Of a stretch of 64,000 bases of DNA, positions 53,508 to 63,536 are shown one piece after another. The notes beneath the pieces are model-generated. The model had not been told where the DNA came from. It searched no databases and saw nothing but the letters and a program-made list of their open reading frames with translations. Position numbers and translations under genes: made by a program. Position 1 is the first letter of the stretch. Each line of letters starts with the position of its first letter. The stretch is taken from the NCBI GenBank assembly GCA_947625095.1, contig CANQMX010000002.1, positions 58,429 through 122,428 on the forward strand. Reading direction: 5' to 3'. The stretch is from an uncultured Clostridia bacterium (GTDB lineage: Bacteria; Bacillota; Clostridia; Christensenellales; Borkfalkiaceae).

Positions 53508-54722
53508 TTAAATCCTCTTAAAGAAGATGCCGCCGATTGCCAACTTTTCGCTGGGGGTTTCTTGTTCGGGTTCCCCGACTTCCACCACGTTCGCACCTGC
53601 TGTGACTCTGCCTTTTTCATCGACTGTTACCGCAGAGTAGGACCCTGCCGTAACGCCCGTTTTGGACAGCACTGCGGCCAACTCTACTGCTTGGCTTCCG
53701 TCAAACGGTTTTGCGGCGGCGGTGACATCTCCGCTAATCGAGAAATTCTTTGACACCGCAAGTTTTTTTGCAGCATCTGCGTTCGTCGCAGAGGTTGCGC
53801 TGTCTGCCTGCGTTGCCTTGCCGACTTTTGTGGTGCCGTCAACAATGTCGGAAATTGCACCTTCGTTTGTGGTTGCCTTTTCCTTCGCCTCGTTCCAGCC
53901 ATCCTTTTCGGTGTCGGTAACAAGCCTGTGAGTTTCGTCGTCTGTTGCGTCAGCCAAAGAGCCGCTCTTGCCGAGACTTGAAACTTCCGTACTCTTGATA
54001 TAGGGGGTGAGCGCAGCGGTAATAAGTCCGTTTACGTCGTTAGCCGTCTGGAAGTCCTCTATCGCTGCGTTGAGGGCTTCTGTGGTGACATAGCCGGACA
54101 GGTCGAGTTTCTGTGCGCCCAACTTCTCCCACGCATCGCTAACCCAGATGTATTCAACGTACAGGTTTTGCGACTCTTCTCCTGTGTCTTTAACGAGGTA
54201 TATCGTTGCATCATCACCCGATTCGGGCAAGACAGAAACGACGCTTACCTTGAACTTGGGAATGGCGCTTATTTTCTGGTCCACCTCTCCTTTCGTGTAG
54301 TAGTTAACAAGGTCGTTGACCGCCTTTGTGATAAAGCCGCTTACATCCGGAATGTCGCCCGTGTTCGCCTTCTTTGCAAGTTGCGTATTAACGTAGTCTG
54401 TTGTTGCCTTTTTGTCCAGTTCTGCCTGTGTTGCGGCAGATATGGGCTTCTCGTCGTCGGACGTATTGTCAACCTTTCCAAGACCAACGTCCGCCTTGCC
54501 GATAGTGACCTCCCCGCTTTTTCCGTTTACCGAAGTGACGCTTCCGGCAATGGCATTGTCGATTCTCTGCTCGATTTCTTCGAGTGCGCCCTTGACGGTT
54601 TTCGCTTGAATCTTTTCAGATTCAACAAGAACAACTTCCGAATCCGTTTCCGGATGCAAGAGCAAAAACTCGTCTTCTCCAACCTTCTGAACGATTTGGG
54701 TTTGCTGTGTCGTAGTAGCCAT
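53508..54722 (-). CDS. Tail fibre protein
   Basis: GKADVGLGKVDNTSDDEKPIS and similar fibre motifs; 404 aa; adjacent to the second fibre gene. Confidence 0.75.
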   Translation of the reverse strand: MATTTQQTQIVQKVGEDEFLLLHPETDSEVVLVESEKIQAKTVKGALEEIEQRIDNAIAGSVTSVNGKSGEVTIGKADVGLGKVDNTSDDEKPISAATQAELDKKATTDYVNTQLAKKANTGDIPDVSGFITKAVNDLVNYYTKGEVDQKISAIPKFKVSVVSVLPESGDDATIYLVKDTGEESQNLYVEYIWVSDAWEKLGAQKLDLSGYVTTEALNAAIEDFQTANDVNGLITAALTPYIKSTEVSSLGKSGSLADATDDETHRLVTDTEKDGWNEAKEKATTNEGAISDIVDGTTKVGKATQADSATSATNADAAKKLAVSKNFSISGDVTAAAKPFDGSQAVELAAVLSKTGVTAGSYSAVTVDEKGRVTAGANVVEVGEPEQETPSEKLAIGGIFFKRI

Positions 54723-54743
54723 TTTTCTTTCAATCTCCTTGAA

Positions 54744-55097
54744 TTATTTTATTTTTACGAATTGGAATGTCCCAACAGGGGCGTCTTTGTCGAGTTGGTC
54801 TGTAACTTCTGCGAGTTTCGACTGCTCAACCACGTCGTCTACCGGAACTTTGTAGGACTTGCCTTGACCGATTGCAACGAAATACCTGTCTTTCTTCTGA
54901 CTCTCGATTAGAGAAACGGTTTCGTGTTCGGCCTCGTCCGAGGAAAGAAGGCTCAACGACTTTCCTGTCATTTCGCCTTCGAGGGTCACTCCGTTGATAG
55001 TTGGCTTGTTGGTAATGTTCACATAGTCTGTGGGCAGTACCGAAACAATCTTCCTTATCTCAACGGGAGGACACCTGTCTCTGTCTTGTCTGTTCAT
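54744..55097 (-). CDS. Tail-fibre-module protein (117 aa)
   Basis: Start ATG 55097; YVNITNKPTINGVTLEG motif as seen at fibre N-termini. Confidence 0.55.
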   Translation of the reverse strand: MNRQDRDRCPPVEIRKIVSVLPTDYVNITNKPTINGVTLEGEMTGKSLSLLSSDEAEHETVSLIESQKKDRYFVAIGQGKSYKVPVDDVVEQSKLAEVTDQLDKDAPVGTFQFVKIK

Positions 55098-55099
55098 CG

Positions 55100-55420
55100 C
55101 TATTGCCCTCCGCACATTTTATTATCTTTTTTTCGCACAGTGAATGTACCGTTGCGGATGAGGGTTACTTCGTTTCCATCTATCAAAGTTGCCGTTAGGT
55201 CATAGTAATTGATTCTTGGTAGCAACGTCGCCGTTACATCACTACCAAGGCGCAAACAATAACCGCCCTGCATCTCCGAATAAGGCAAGTGGACACATAT
55301 CCCTTGTCCCTTGCAAACAAAGCACACTTCTTTAAGCGCCGCTCGGTCTACGCAATTAAGAACAAAGTAGCATTCAAGCAGGTCGCCAATAATTGCTTTT
55401 ACACCGTTATTTTCAGCCAT
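55100..55420 (-). CDS. Hypothetical protein (106 aa)
   Basis: Track ORF in the tail module. Confidence 0.55.
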   Translation of the reverse strand: MAENNGVKAIIGDLLECYFVLNCVDRAALKEVCFVCKGQGICVHLPYSEMQGGYCLRLGSDVTATLLPRINYYDLTATLIDGNEVTLIRNGTFTVRKKDNKMCGGQ

Positions 55421-55436
55421 TGTAATTACCTCCTAT

Positions 55437-55679
55437 CTACCCGTCTTCACTGTTTTTCACGCAGATATAGCCTTCTTCATCGAGGAAAAAGACTATCCCA
55501 AAACCAAGCTGCGAGGGCGTGACGTTATGCGGATTGTCTTTTAGGTCTGCGTGTTCATTCGCTGTACCTATTCCGTCTTCCATATGATTGAAGTGCAGGG
55601 CATCCATAGCGGTGCCTTGCTGTTTTACTTGCCCGCCTTCCTCAATGTGGTCTATCCACTTTTGCTTTTCGTATGCCAT
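55437..55679 (-). CDS. Hypothetical protein (80 aa)
   Basis: Track ORF in the tail module. Confidence 0.55.
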   Translation of the reverse strand: MAYEKQKWIDHIEEGGQVKQQGTAMDALHFNHMEDGIGTANEHADLKDNPHNVTPSQLGFGIVFFLDEEGYICVKNSEDG

Positions 55680-55682
55680 ACG

Positions 55683-55994
55683 CTATACCTCCTCGTAGTC
55701 GATATTGATTACAAGCAAGACGGTCTGTGCCGAATTTACCTCAATAGACAATGAGCGTTGTGCGATGACGTTTTGGTCTTTGTCGAGGAACCGCAGGCCC
55801 GTAATCCTATGGGATGACTGCTGAACATTCGCAAGCAACAGCGTATAGGTTATAACGTTACCGTCTATCGCCCTGCTCTGTTCGGCTGCCTCATACCATT
55901 CTTCTTGCCCAGCGACTTCGTACTCGATTTTGGCTACATAGGCCATAAACTCCTCTCTGCGCTGGTCTATAAAGTCTTTGTTATATAATGCCAT
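55683..55994 (-). CDS. Hypothetical protein (103 aa)
   Basis: Track ORF in the tail module. Confidence 0.55.
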   Translation of the reverse strand: MALYNKDFIDQRREEFMAYVAKIEYEVAGQEEWYEAAEQSRAIDGNVITYTLLLANVQQSSHRITGLRFLDKDQNVIAQRSLSIEVNSAQTVLLVINIDYEEV

Positions 55995-56005
55995 AACCGC
56001 ACCTC

Positions 56006-56599
56006 CTATCTTTTAGGCGGATAAGTTCCGCAGTAATGTGTTCCGCACTCAATGCCGCTAATGTAATAGTTGATATTGTGCGTTATTCTTATCTTTCTTG
56101 CCAGCCCCGTTTTGTACTCGATGCTTACTCCTGCCGGCTTGATAGGCGGAATATCGCCCAAATGCAGCGTTTCGTCATTTCCGGTCGAGAGGTCAAGAAT
56201 GATAGTAGCAGGAAACTCCGCATCTTCGCTGTATCGTATTTCGCCCGTGTCTCCCCACACCATCTTTAACGCATTTATCAAGTCATAGTAGGTGCAACTG
56301 TTTGACCCTCTGTACGCTTCGTATTTGAGATACTTTCGGTAGGTTTCGTCGTCCATAACAAAACTGATTTTATCGCCGCACAGAAGAGCCGCCTCCGCCC
56401 TTGTTAAGCCGACTATCTCTCCGATTCTGTCCAACTGTTTGCCTACCGCCGTATCAAGCGACGTTTCGTACTGTATCCTATCGAACGTGTCCGTAAGTTC
56501 TTTTATCTGTTTATCGAACACTTCGCACAACGCCTCAATATTTGTCTTGCCTTTGAACTGTTCCAAGAGGTCGGATATAATGCTATTTATCTCATTCAT
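56006..56599 (-). CDS. Baseplate-associated protein, XkdU/YmfQ-like by position
   Basis: Start ATG 56599; immediately downstream of the baseplate J-like gene, as in PBSX. Confidence 0.5.
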   Translation of the reverse strand: MNEINSIISDLLEQFKGKTNIEALCEVFDKQIKELTDTFDRIQYETSLDTAVGKQLDRIGEIVGLTRAEAALLCGDKISFVMDDETYRKYLKYEAYRGSNSCTYYDLINALKMVWGDTGEIRYSEDAEFPATIILDLSTGNDETLHLGDIPPIKPAGVSIEYKTGLARKIRITHNINYYISGIECGTHYCGTYPPKR

Positions 56600-58046
56600 C
56601 CTTAACCACCTCGATTCGTTCCTCGGCAAAGTTCGCCTTTTCTCTTGACGTTACCGTGACATAATTGAGGGTGTAGTCCCCTTCGCTCGGTTCGCTTTCT
56701 TGCTCGCTCGACTTATACGCCTTTATCTCGATATAAGCAATTCCGGAAACCGTTTCGTTTATATCTTTGATAAACTTCTGCAACACTACCGTATCGCCCG
56801 CTTTGAGCGAGTCTGTGCAGTTTATGATAGCCTGCTTAATGAGTTCTTCGGCATCCTGCGGCATTGCCTCCATAGGGTTGACGGTGTATTTGACTTTGAG
56901 CCAGACATAAACCGGAGTGGGACGGTTGAACCGCACCTTGATTGTATCGTTATAAAGTCCGGGAACATCAACTTCCACCTTGCCGTAGGTTTGTATTCCT
57001 GCGGCTTTCGTCCGGAAAATCTGTTGCGCTATGTCGGAAGGCTCTCCGCCGTCAACCACAACCTCTATGCTGTGAGGCGGCCTCCCCTCGCTATCCGTTG
57101 TATTGCTGTCGTTCTCATAAACGGTACAACTCAAAATGCCGTTTACGTTATCAATGATTGCGCTCTCAATGCTTTCAAGCATTGATGCTGACCGTGAGTT
57201 GCGCTTGCTCAAATAGGACTGACGATATTCAACGTCCGTTTCCCTCAACCTGCCGTAGGCCGGAGAGTCAAGGTTTGTACAAGACGCAAAGCCTGATACA
57301 GTGGTAACTATTTCGGTTATGGACCCTGCCGGCAATACGATTTCTCCGTATTCTTCGCTTTGGAACACTATAAGCGACGAAACGGTGACAGTGGTCAAAT
57401 TATCCGAGAGAGCGAGCGAATGATTTATCCTTTCGTTCTTACTTTCGATTGTGAGGCTGTTACCGTCGGTAGCAACCTCGAAATCGTTGTTCGTGATAAC
57501 TTTTACGAGGGCGTTAAGTATCTCGCTCTTGGTGGCGCTGTTGCCGCTTACGATAGAGTACCCGACTTCATCGAGATAAACCGCATAGGTGGCGTTGTCT
57601 GACACCGCAACGAGGTCTATCTTAACTTTGTTGAAACTGTCTCTTGTAATTTTGAAATCGTTATACACCGTAAAAAAGTTTTTCGGATTTGTAGTAGACG
57701 AAATTCTTGTTCCTGTTGGAATATCGGAACCGTCTTCTCCTGTGCATAACACGGTGTACTTCGTCCTGCTGTTATCCTCCCTCGTTACTCCGCCGAATTG
57801 ACAGGCGTAATCGAGGTTGATTCCTTCTGCCGTTGACGGATAATGGTTTAGGTAAACCCCTTCCGCAACTTCCCATAATTGCGACAATTTATCGCAGAAT
57901 GACGAGAGAAGAACGTTGATGAACGACTTGGGGTTCATCGCAACATCAATGCCAATCTTGTCTTTCAAATCTTCTTGCACTTCCGAATAGATTGTATCGT
58001 ACCTTTTGCGCAAGAAACCTTTTTCCGTAACACCAAAATCAGACAT
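56592..58046 (-). CDS. Baseplate J-like protein (XkdT/gp47-like)
   Basis: 484 aa; position between the XkdS-like and XkdU-like genes; general resemblance to Baseplate_J proteins. Confidence 0.65.
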   Translation of the reverse strand: MSDFGVTEKGFLRKRYDTIYSEVQEDLKDKIGIDVAMNPKSFINVLLSSFCDKLSQLWEVAEGVYLNHYPSTAEGINLDYACQFGGVTREDNSRTKYTVLCTGEDGSDIPTGTRISSTTNPKNFFTVYNDFKITRDSFNKVKIDLVAVSDNATYAVYLDEVGYSIVSGNSATKSEILNALVKVITNNDFEVATDGNSLTIESKNERINHSLALSDNLTTVTVSSLIVFQSEEYGEIVLPAGSITEIVTTVSGFASCTNLDSPAYGRLRETDVEYRQSYLSKRNSRSASMLESIESAIIDNVNGILSCTVYENDSNTTDSEGRPPHSIEVVVDGGEPSDIAQQIFRTKAAGIQTYGKVEVDVPGLYNDTIKVRFNRPTPVYVWLKVKYTVNPMEAMPQDAEELIKQAIINCTDSLKAGDTVVLQKFIKDINETVSGIAYIEIKAYKSSEQESEPSEGDYTLNYVTVTSREKANFAEERIEVVKDE

Positions 58047-58389
58047 CTACTTCCACCTCCCCGCCTGTTTGTATTCCGTTTACGACCACTGTAAAGGTAA
58101 TCGTGGCCGCTCGTGTCTTTGTATCTATTGAGATACTGACCGACTTTACTTCATTCACCTCTTCTACCGATAAAATCTCCTCACGAATACGCTCCTCCAA
58201 AAGGACCCTGTTCGGGTTCTTGATGAAGACATCCTCGTAGTACGGCATACCGTATTCCGTGTTAATCCGCCATTCTCCTGCGAACCACTTTAATCGTATT
58301 TTGATTGCCTGCACTACACTGTCCGTGAACGAAACATCCCCGTTGGTAAAAAGAAGGTCTCCGTTTGCATCAAGCAGCAAATCTTTCAT
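58039..58389 (-). CDS. Small baseplate protein (XkdS / gpW-gp25-like)
   Basis: 116 aa; DANGDLLFTNGDVSFTDSVVQAIKIRLKWFAGEW resembles the small baseplate wedge family; position. Confidence 0.55.
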   Translation of the reverse strand: MKDLLLDANGDLLFTNGDVSFTDSVVQAIKIRLKWFAGEWRINTEYGMPYYEDVFIKNPNRVLLEERIREEILSVEEVNEVKSVSISIDTKTRAATITFTVVVNGIQTGGEVEVDV

Positions 58390-58399
58390 CGGCGCCTCC

Positions 58400-58924
58400 T
58401 TATTTGTTAATCGTTCCGCTTATATCAAGATTCCCGTCAATAACGACATTGCCTTTAAGGGTGATGCCGCCACTTGCTATTTGCACCCTGCTTTCTCCGC
58501 AAGCAAGGACAACCGCCTTGTTGTTTATTGCCTCTGAAAGCATATCCGGAGCAAACTTCATAAGACCGGGAATTGCTATGGCGTTTGTTAGGCTATATTT
58601 CAATTCAGACGTAGTATCGCCCTTCCCAAGCCAAACATCCAGCGCCTGCTCCGAAAAGATAACCAGACAACTGTCTCCCGACTCTATGGGGAAAGCCATC
58701 CCCGCACCGAGTGCAGAGCAGAACGGAAACACGATAGGCACATCGTTGAGTTGTGGGTAATCGAGGTACTGGTCATTCGGAGCCTTTATTTTCCCCTTCG
58801 GCCGCACCGTCGCTCGTCCGGATTGTTTATCGAACGAAAGGACCGTAGCCGGGATTGCCGTGTGCATTTCGTTTGCAACTTCGTTTGCGAGTGATTGTAT
58901 TTGCTCTACTACATCTTGATACAT
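58400..58924 (-). CDS. Baseplate central spike/plug protein (gpV / Gp138 N-terminal-like)
   Basis: IPATVLSFDKQSGRATVRP...VPIVFPF plus C-terminal beta-helix-like GGITLKGNVVIDGNLDISG. Confidence 0.55.
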   Translation of the reverse strand: MYQDVVEQIQSLANEVANEMHTAIPATVLSFDKQSGRATVRPKGKIKAPNDQYLDYPQLNDVPIVFPFCSALGAGMAFPIESGDSCLVIFSEQALDVWLGKGDTTSELKYSLTNAIAIPGLMKFAPDMLSEAINNKAVVLACGESRVQIASGGITLKGNVVIDGNLDISGTINK

Positions 58925-58925
58925 T

Positions 58926-59828
58926 TTAGCCTCCTATTTCTACGAGTTCGGCTGTACATTGCCAATCGGACGTTAGGTTGTCTCCCTCTATCTTCAAGGT
59001 ACTGACCCGAAAGTTACCCGTAACTATACTCGATTCGAGGTAAACAGTATCGTTGATTCCGATTGCTCCGTTCAAAAAGAAAACAACCTCGTAGCCGTAC
59101 AAGGTTGCTTCTGTTCCCGACTCGGAAGTATCACTGTTAATGGAACTTACAGAGGAATTGTACAATTTCTTCGGTATCCCTATAAGCCCCGTTTCCTTGC
59201 TTAATTTGTGTACTATGTTCGAGACAGGCTCCGAAACCTTTGTAATTTGAACTATGCCGTTTTGAATGGTATATCTCAAAGACGCCTTTGTACATAACTG
59301 TGTCAACGCCTTCGTCGCCTTACCAACATAGGCGTATCCGTTGGTATAATACACATACAGCAATCTCTGCCGAGCCTTTTCTGAAAACACTACCGGCATA
59401 CCGAGTTGGTTCGTAATGTCTTCGATAATTCTCTTAACCTCGATGTTTCCACGATATGATAAGGAAACATAGGTATCGTTTACCTCCGCAAACCCATCCA
59501 CCACCTCGAACTCTATGAGTCTGTCCGAGCCGTCGAGTTCTTCCGTGACGAGCGAGACTGTCCCTTTGAAAACACAGGGCCTTGACTCCCCATATCCTGC
59601 GTAAAGTTCCACCGTGCAGCCCTCTTTGGCGAGGGTGGCTATTTGGGTTTTGTTCAAATTCCACAACTGCATCTTGGTGGTATTTAAGGTCGAGCCATCC
59701 GTCTTTTCTATTGAAAACTTGATGTGCAACGCCCGACTCGTTTCCTCGTCCGGCTGCCCAACCTCGAAGCCCGAATATCCGGGCGCACTTGCCTTTAATC
59801 TGTATTGCCTGTCAAAATAATCGTTCAT
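58926..59828 (-). CDS. Baseplate hub protein (XkdQ-like) by position
   Basis: 300 aa, upstream of the spike gene in PBSX order. Confidence 0.5.
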   Translation of the reverse strand: MNDYFDRQYRLKASAPGYSGFEVGQPDEETSRALHIKFSIEKTDGSTLNTTKMQLWNLNKTQIATLAKEGCTVELYAGYGESRPCVFKGTVSLVTEELDGSDRLIEFEVVDGFAEVNDTYVSLSYRGNIEVKRIIEDITNQLGMPVVFSEKARQRLLYVYYTNGYAYVGKATKALTQLCTKASLRYTIQNGIVQITKVSEPVSNIVHKLSKETGLIGIPKKLYNSSVSSINSDTSESGTEATLYGYEVVFFLNGAIGINDTVYLESSIVTGNFRVSTLKIEGDNLTSDWQCTAELVEIGG

Positions 59829-60163
59829 TGACTTTGCGCCTCCACATATTCGTCGAACTCGTCGTTGCTTACAAAAACAAAACGAGCCTTGCCGTCCGCA
59901 AAGTCTCTCCTTCCTATTCTGTCAAGCGTGGTCTCAACAAAGATATGCCCCTCCGGAAGTTCTGCCATCTTGAAGTAGCAGGTCATCGGAAATTCCGGCA
60001 CTACTTTTATGCAAGCCACGATGGGGACTGTGTAGTTTTCGTAAATTCCCATCGTCCAGCAGTCAAAGTGGTAGTTGAATCCGAAGTGGAAAACGTACTC
60101 TTTATTGTTTAGAACGAGCCTTGTGAGGCTATCGTTACTGTCTGGTGGCGTAAAATACAACAT
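59825..60163 (-). CDS. Hypothetical tail protein (112 aa)
   Basis: Start ATG 60161-60163 behind GGAGGATGA. Confidence 0.55.
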   Translation of the reverse strand: MLYFTPPDSNDSLTRLVLNNKEYVFHFGFNYHFDCWTMGIYENYTVPIVACIKVVPEFPMTCYFKMAELPEGHIFVETTLDRIGRRDFADGKARFVFVSNDEFDEYVEAQSQ

Positions 60164-60167
60164 AATA

Positions 60168-60710
60168 TCATCCTCCAAAAAGCCAGCCGAACAGCTTGGA
60201 AAGGATGCTACCGGACTTTGCAGACGACTCTTCGTTTTTTGTTTCGGTGGTTCCCGCATCCGCATTGCTGTCTCCGCTTTGGTCGTATCCGCTTGATACC
60301 TTTACGGTGGATGCGGACGTCACCGTTACTTGCAAAAGGGAAAACGTTACATCTACGGAATTTGCGTATTCCTCTCTTGGGATGCTCAATGCTGTGATTG
60401 CCATATTCTTATACACCTTATCCGGCGTAACGAATGTAACCAACTTCCTTGAAAAGAACATCTCTTCGAGTTCTTCGCAAACTCTCTTGATTCTGTTTTG
60501 CCCGAAATGTTTATTCTTCCAAGTCACCGGCGTTTCCGATATTGTGGCTACAACTTCAAGAGCAATGGGACTGTAAAAAATTCCGTCGCTTACATCGTAG
60601 CCACTTTCTACCGGATATTGCGGAACTTCCGCTTCCAAGTTCTTTGTCCTGCTTACAGTGCAATCGAACTCAATTCCGCCAAGACTCGAAGGTGCTGATG
60701 CTTTTATCAT
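60168..60710 (-). CDS. Tail/baseplate protein immediately after the tape measure gene
   Basis: Start ATG 60708-60710; position equivalent to distal-tail/XkdP proteins; no LysM seen. Confidence 0.5.
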   Translation of the reverse strand: MIKASAPSSLGGIEFDCTVSRTKNLEAEVPQYPVESGYDVSDGIFYSPIALEVVATISETPVTWKNKHFGQNRIKRVCEELEEMFFSRKLVTFVTPDKVYKNMAITALSIPREEYANSVDVTFSLLQVTVTSASTVKVSSGYDQSGDSNADAGTTETKNEESSAKSGSILSKLFGWLFGG

Positions 60711-60715
60711 AATCT

Positions 60716-63331
60716 TTACCTCGCATAAGCCAAGGCGTGAGCAAGTTCCGCCGTGGTGTCTCTTGTTGATTGCCGCATAGCGTCTCTTGCGGTCCTGCCA
60801 ACGTCTGTGGAGCCGCACTTGAAATCATTGTTGATGTTGATATTCTGTACTATGCTCCTGTTTGTGGTTTCCTGCGTCAATACGCCAGCGGCCCTTGCCG
60901 TGCTGTTTCTACTGTTCATAAAGGTAGCCAATGCGTCGAGCATCGTCTCCTTCATTTTACTTATGGGCGAAACAATCTCGCCCTCTTGTTTGTTATCGCC
61001 TATGACTACCGGTGTAGGACTGTCTTTATCGACGTATCCACCCTTTGCCAAGTAAGCGATTCTGCCAAACGATACTTTTGGTATCTCCGGTATAGCAGGT
61101 ATGCCAATCCACGTCCACAGCGAGGACAATGCCCCCGTTATAGCATTGATAGCGTTGACGAAGAAGTTAAGCAGCGACTCAAATCCACTTATTATACCGT
61201 TGATTATTGCAATAGGTATGTTGCCGAGCGACTTCCAAGCCTTTGACCAATCTCCCGAAAAGACTCCCGAAATGAACCCAACGATGTTTTTCAACACGGT
61301 GATTATTCCTTCGAGAGGCCCTTTGATGAGGGACGTTATTGCGCTGCCAACCTTCGAGGTAAACGTGCTTACTGCGCTCGTAATATAACTGATTACTTTC
61401 GATACTATTTTGAGCAATGCACCGAAGAGGTCCAGCAACGGCTGCAACAGTTTAACCACGAACGAGATTGCCTCTCCGAGAACTCCCGTGAGTACCTCTG
61501 CCAAGATGTTCAAGATTTCGTTGATGGGTTCGAGGATGCTATCAAGAAGGACTATAAGCACATCTATGATGGCCCACAGCGGTTCCAAAATAGCCATAAT
61601 CACGTCCATAATGGGACCCAACACGCTATTGAGCAATTTGGTTAACAGGTCAAATACCGGTTTCAATGCGCTTACGACGCCCTTTAAGATATTGACTACC
61701 GGTCGAAGGATTGAATTTAGCAACTTGACCAAAACCGCAACTATATCACCGATTATACCGAGAACAATATCGAGTATGTCCATTATCGGTGTAAGCACGA
61801 GGTCAAGGAGCGTCATCAACAGGTCGATTATAGGCATTATAAGGTCGAGGAGCGTAGTTAAAAGGTCTATGACCGTAGCCACTACTTCCATAACGGAGCC
61901 GAGTACCTTGTTGATTACGGTGGATAGGCTTACTATCAGTTTTTGAATAATGGGCATTATCGTGGACATTATTCTTTCAAGCATCGGCATTATTTTTTCG
62001 AGAAGCGATACTATCAAGTTTATGGCCGCCGCCAACCCACCTCCGATAATCTGCGCCGCCAGCCCAAGTATTTGTACGACTACTTTGATTAGGTCGCCCA
62101 GCACCGACTTTATGGAGTTGACCACATTGCTTATCTTCTCCTTCATATCGGTTGCCGACAATCCCATTTTTTCAAACAGTCCGCCGACCACGCTGTCTTT
62201 TCCGTTGAAGAAGTTTACCAAGTCTTCTACCGCAATCAGCAGAGCCGCAATAACGGCTATGATTAGCAGTATCCAAGGTAGCGCACTTCCTGCGGCTTTT
62301 GCCACCGTGCCGAGCGCCGACCCAAACGACTTGAATATTCCTCCTGCGCCTGCGGCCGCACCGCCTGCCGTTCCGAGCGCCTCTGCAAGTTTTTGTATTA
62401 CCGTGGTCCCCTGCGCCATCTTCGCAAATAACTTCACGCTTGATATTGCGGCAGAGATTGAGGCAATTCCCACAACTATGAGTTTGAGCAGGTTTTCCAC
62501 GCCGCCGAGTTTCTTTCCGAGGGACTCAACGTTTGCGATACATCTCTCCAAGAACGACTTAACCCTCGTAAAAACATTTAGCATCAGCCTTGCAACTTTA
62601 TCGGTGATTTTGTATGTGTCGTTCAACTGATACAGCCAAGCCGAGAATTGGCTTTTTATGCTCGTGAGAGCGTCTGTAACAGTCATTTGCACTGTCCCGA
62701 ATGAGTTGTTTATAGCATCCGCATTTTGCCTTAACGATTGATATAACTGCGTAGATGTTATCTTGCCTGCGGAGCCGAGAGCCTTTACCTGCTGTTCTGT
62801 GATGCCGAGCGTTTGAGCGAGGTACGTTACTATCTGCGGAGTCTTCTGCATAAGCGAGGAGAACTGACTTGCGGACACCTTGCCTGTTGAAAATGCGCTC
62901 GTGAGAGAGGACGCCAATGATGCCGTATCCGACGAGGAAAGCCCTGCCGCTCGGAATGCTTTGTGCATAAGTTCCGCAAATTCCGTAGTATCTTTCACCG
63001 ACTTGAACAGCCTATTGTGAGAGTTGAGCAAGCCCGTAACCGTATTCGTCATATCGGCGTAACTTGCCCGTGCGGAATCTGCGGCTTTCTGCACTTCGTC
63101 TTGCGCATCCGCTTGGTCTTTCAACCCTGCGGTTGCGTTTTTAATTTTTTGCTGTATGAGAGCATACTCTTCTACAAGAGCGTTGAGCTTCACGAAAGAA
63201 AAACCGATTCCGATTGCACCCAAAGCCTTCGTTGCAAAATTCTTTATGCTCGTGATTGACTTTTCGACTGTTTTTGCCGACTGCGAATCTACTACATAGC
63301 CGGCAGATATAACAATCTCTCTAATCGTCAT
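60716..63331 (-). CDS. Tail tape measure protein
   Basis: 871 aa; central hydrophobic/Gly-rich segments and long periodic L..IL.P(I/V).D(I/L)L repeats; located between the chaperone pair and the baseplate genes. Confidence 0.88.
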   Translation of the reverse strand: MTIREIVISAGYVVDSQSAKTVEKSITSIKNFATKALGAIGIGFSFVKLNALVEEYALIQQKIKNATAGLKDQADAQDEVQKAADSARASYADMTNTVTGLLNSHNRLFKSVKDTTEFAELMHKAFRAAGLSSSDTASLASSLTSAFSTGKVSASQFSSLMQKTPQIVTYLAQTLGITEQQVKALGSAGKITSTQLYQSLRQNADAINNSFGTVQMTVTDALTSIKSQFSAWLYQLNDTYKITDKVARLMLNVFTRVKSFLERCIANVESLGKKLGGVENLLKLIVVGIASISAAISSVKLFAKMAQGTTVIQKLAEALGTAGGAAAGAGGIFKSFGSALGTVAKAAGSALPWILLIIAVIAALLIAVEDLVNFFNGKDSVVGGLFEKMGLSATDMKEKISNVVNSIKSVLGDLIKVVVQILGLAAQIIGGGLAAAINLIVSLLEKIMPMLERIMSTIMPIIQKLIVSLSTVINKVLGSVMEVVATVIDLLTTLLDLIMPIIDLLMTLLDLVLTPIMDILDIVLGIIGDIVAVLVKLLNSILRPVVNILKGVVSALKPVFDLLTKLLNSVLGPIMDVIMAILEPLWAIIDVLIVLLDSILEPINEILNILAEVLTGVLGEAISFVVKLLQPLLDLFGALLKIVSKVISYITSAVSTFTSKVGSAITSLIKGPLEGIITVLKNIVGFISGVFSGDWSKAWKSLGNIPIAIINGIISGFESLLNFFVNAINAITGALSSLWTWIGIPAIPEIPKVSFGRIAYLAKGGYVDKDSPTPVVIGDNKQEGEIVSPISKMKETMLDALATFMNSRNSTARAAGVLTQETTNRSIVQNININNDFKCGSTDVGRTARDAMRQSTRDTTAELAHALAYAR

Positions 63332-63522
63332 CTGTTGTCCCTCCTTTCTTTGAGTTCTTCATTCTTGCAACTCTCTATATCGTTATCCATTTGGTAAAGC
63401 GCATAGAGTTTAAGCGCCTCGTCAAGCGTGTAGCAGTTTTTCAACTCCCACATAGTCGCAAGACGAGCCTTAATGAGAGTGTACATACGAATTTCGAGAG
63501 CGCTGAACTGTTCGAGGTCCAA
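63328..63522 (-). CDS. Tail assembly chaperone, frameshift-extension (gpT-like) ORF
   Basis: Lies in the -1 frame relative to 63537..63947, and that frame stays open back across the upstream stop; overlaps the TMP start by 4 nt. Confidence 0.5.
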   Translation of the reverse strand: MDLEQFSALEIRMYTLIKARLATMWELKNCYTLDEALKLYALYQMDNDIESCKNEELKERRDNR

Positions 63523-63536
63523 CTTTCCGTATTTTT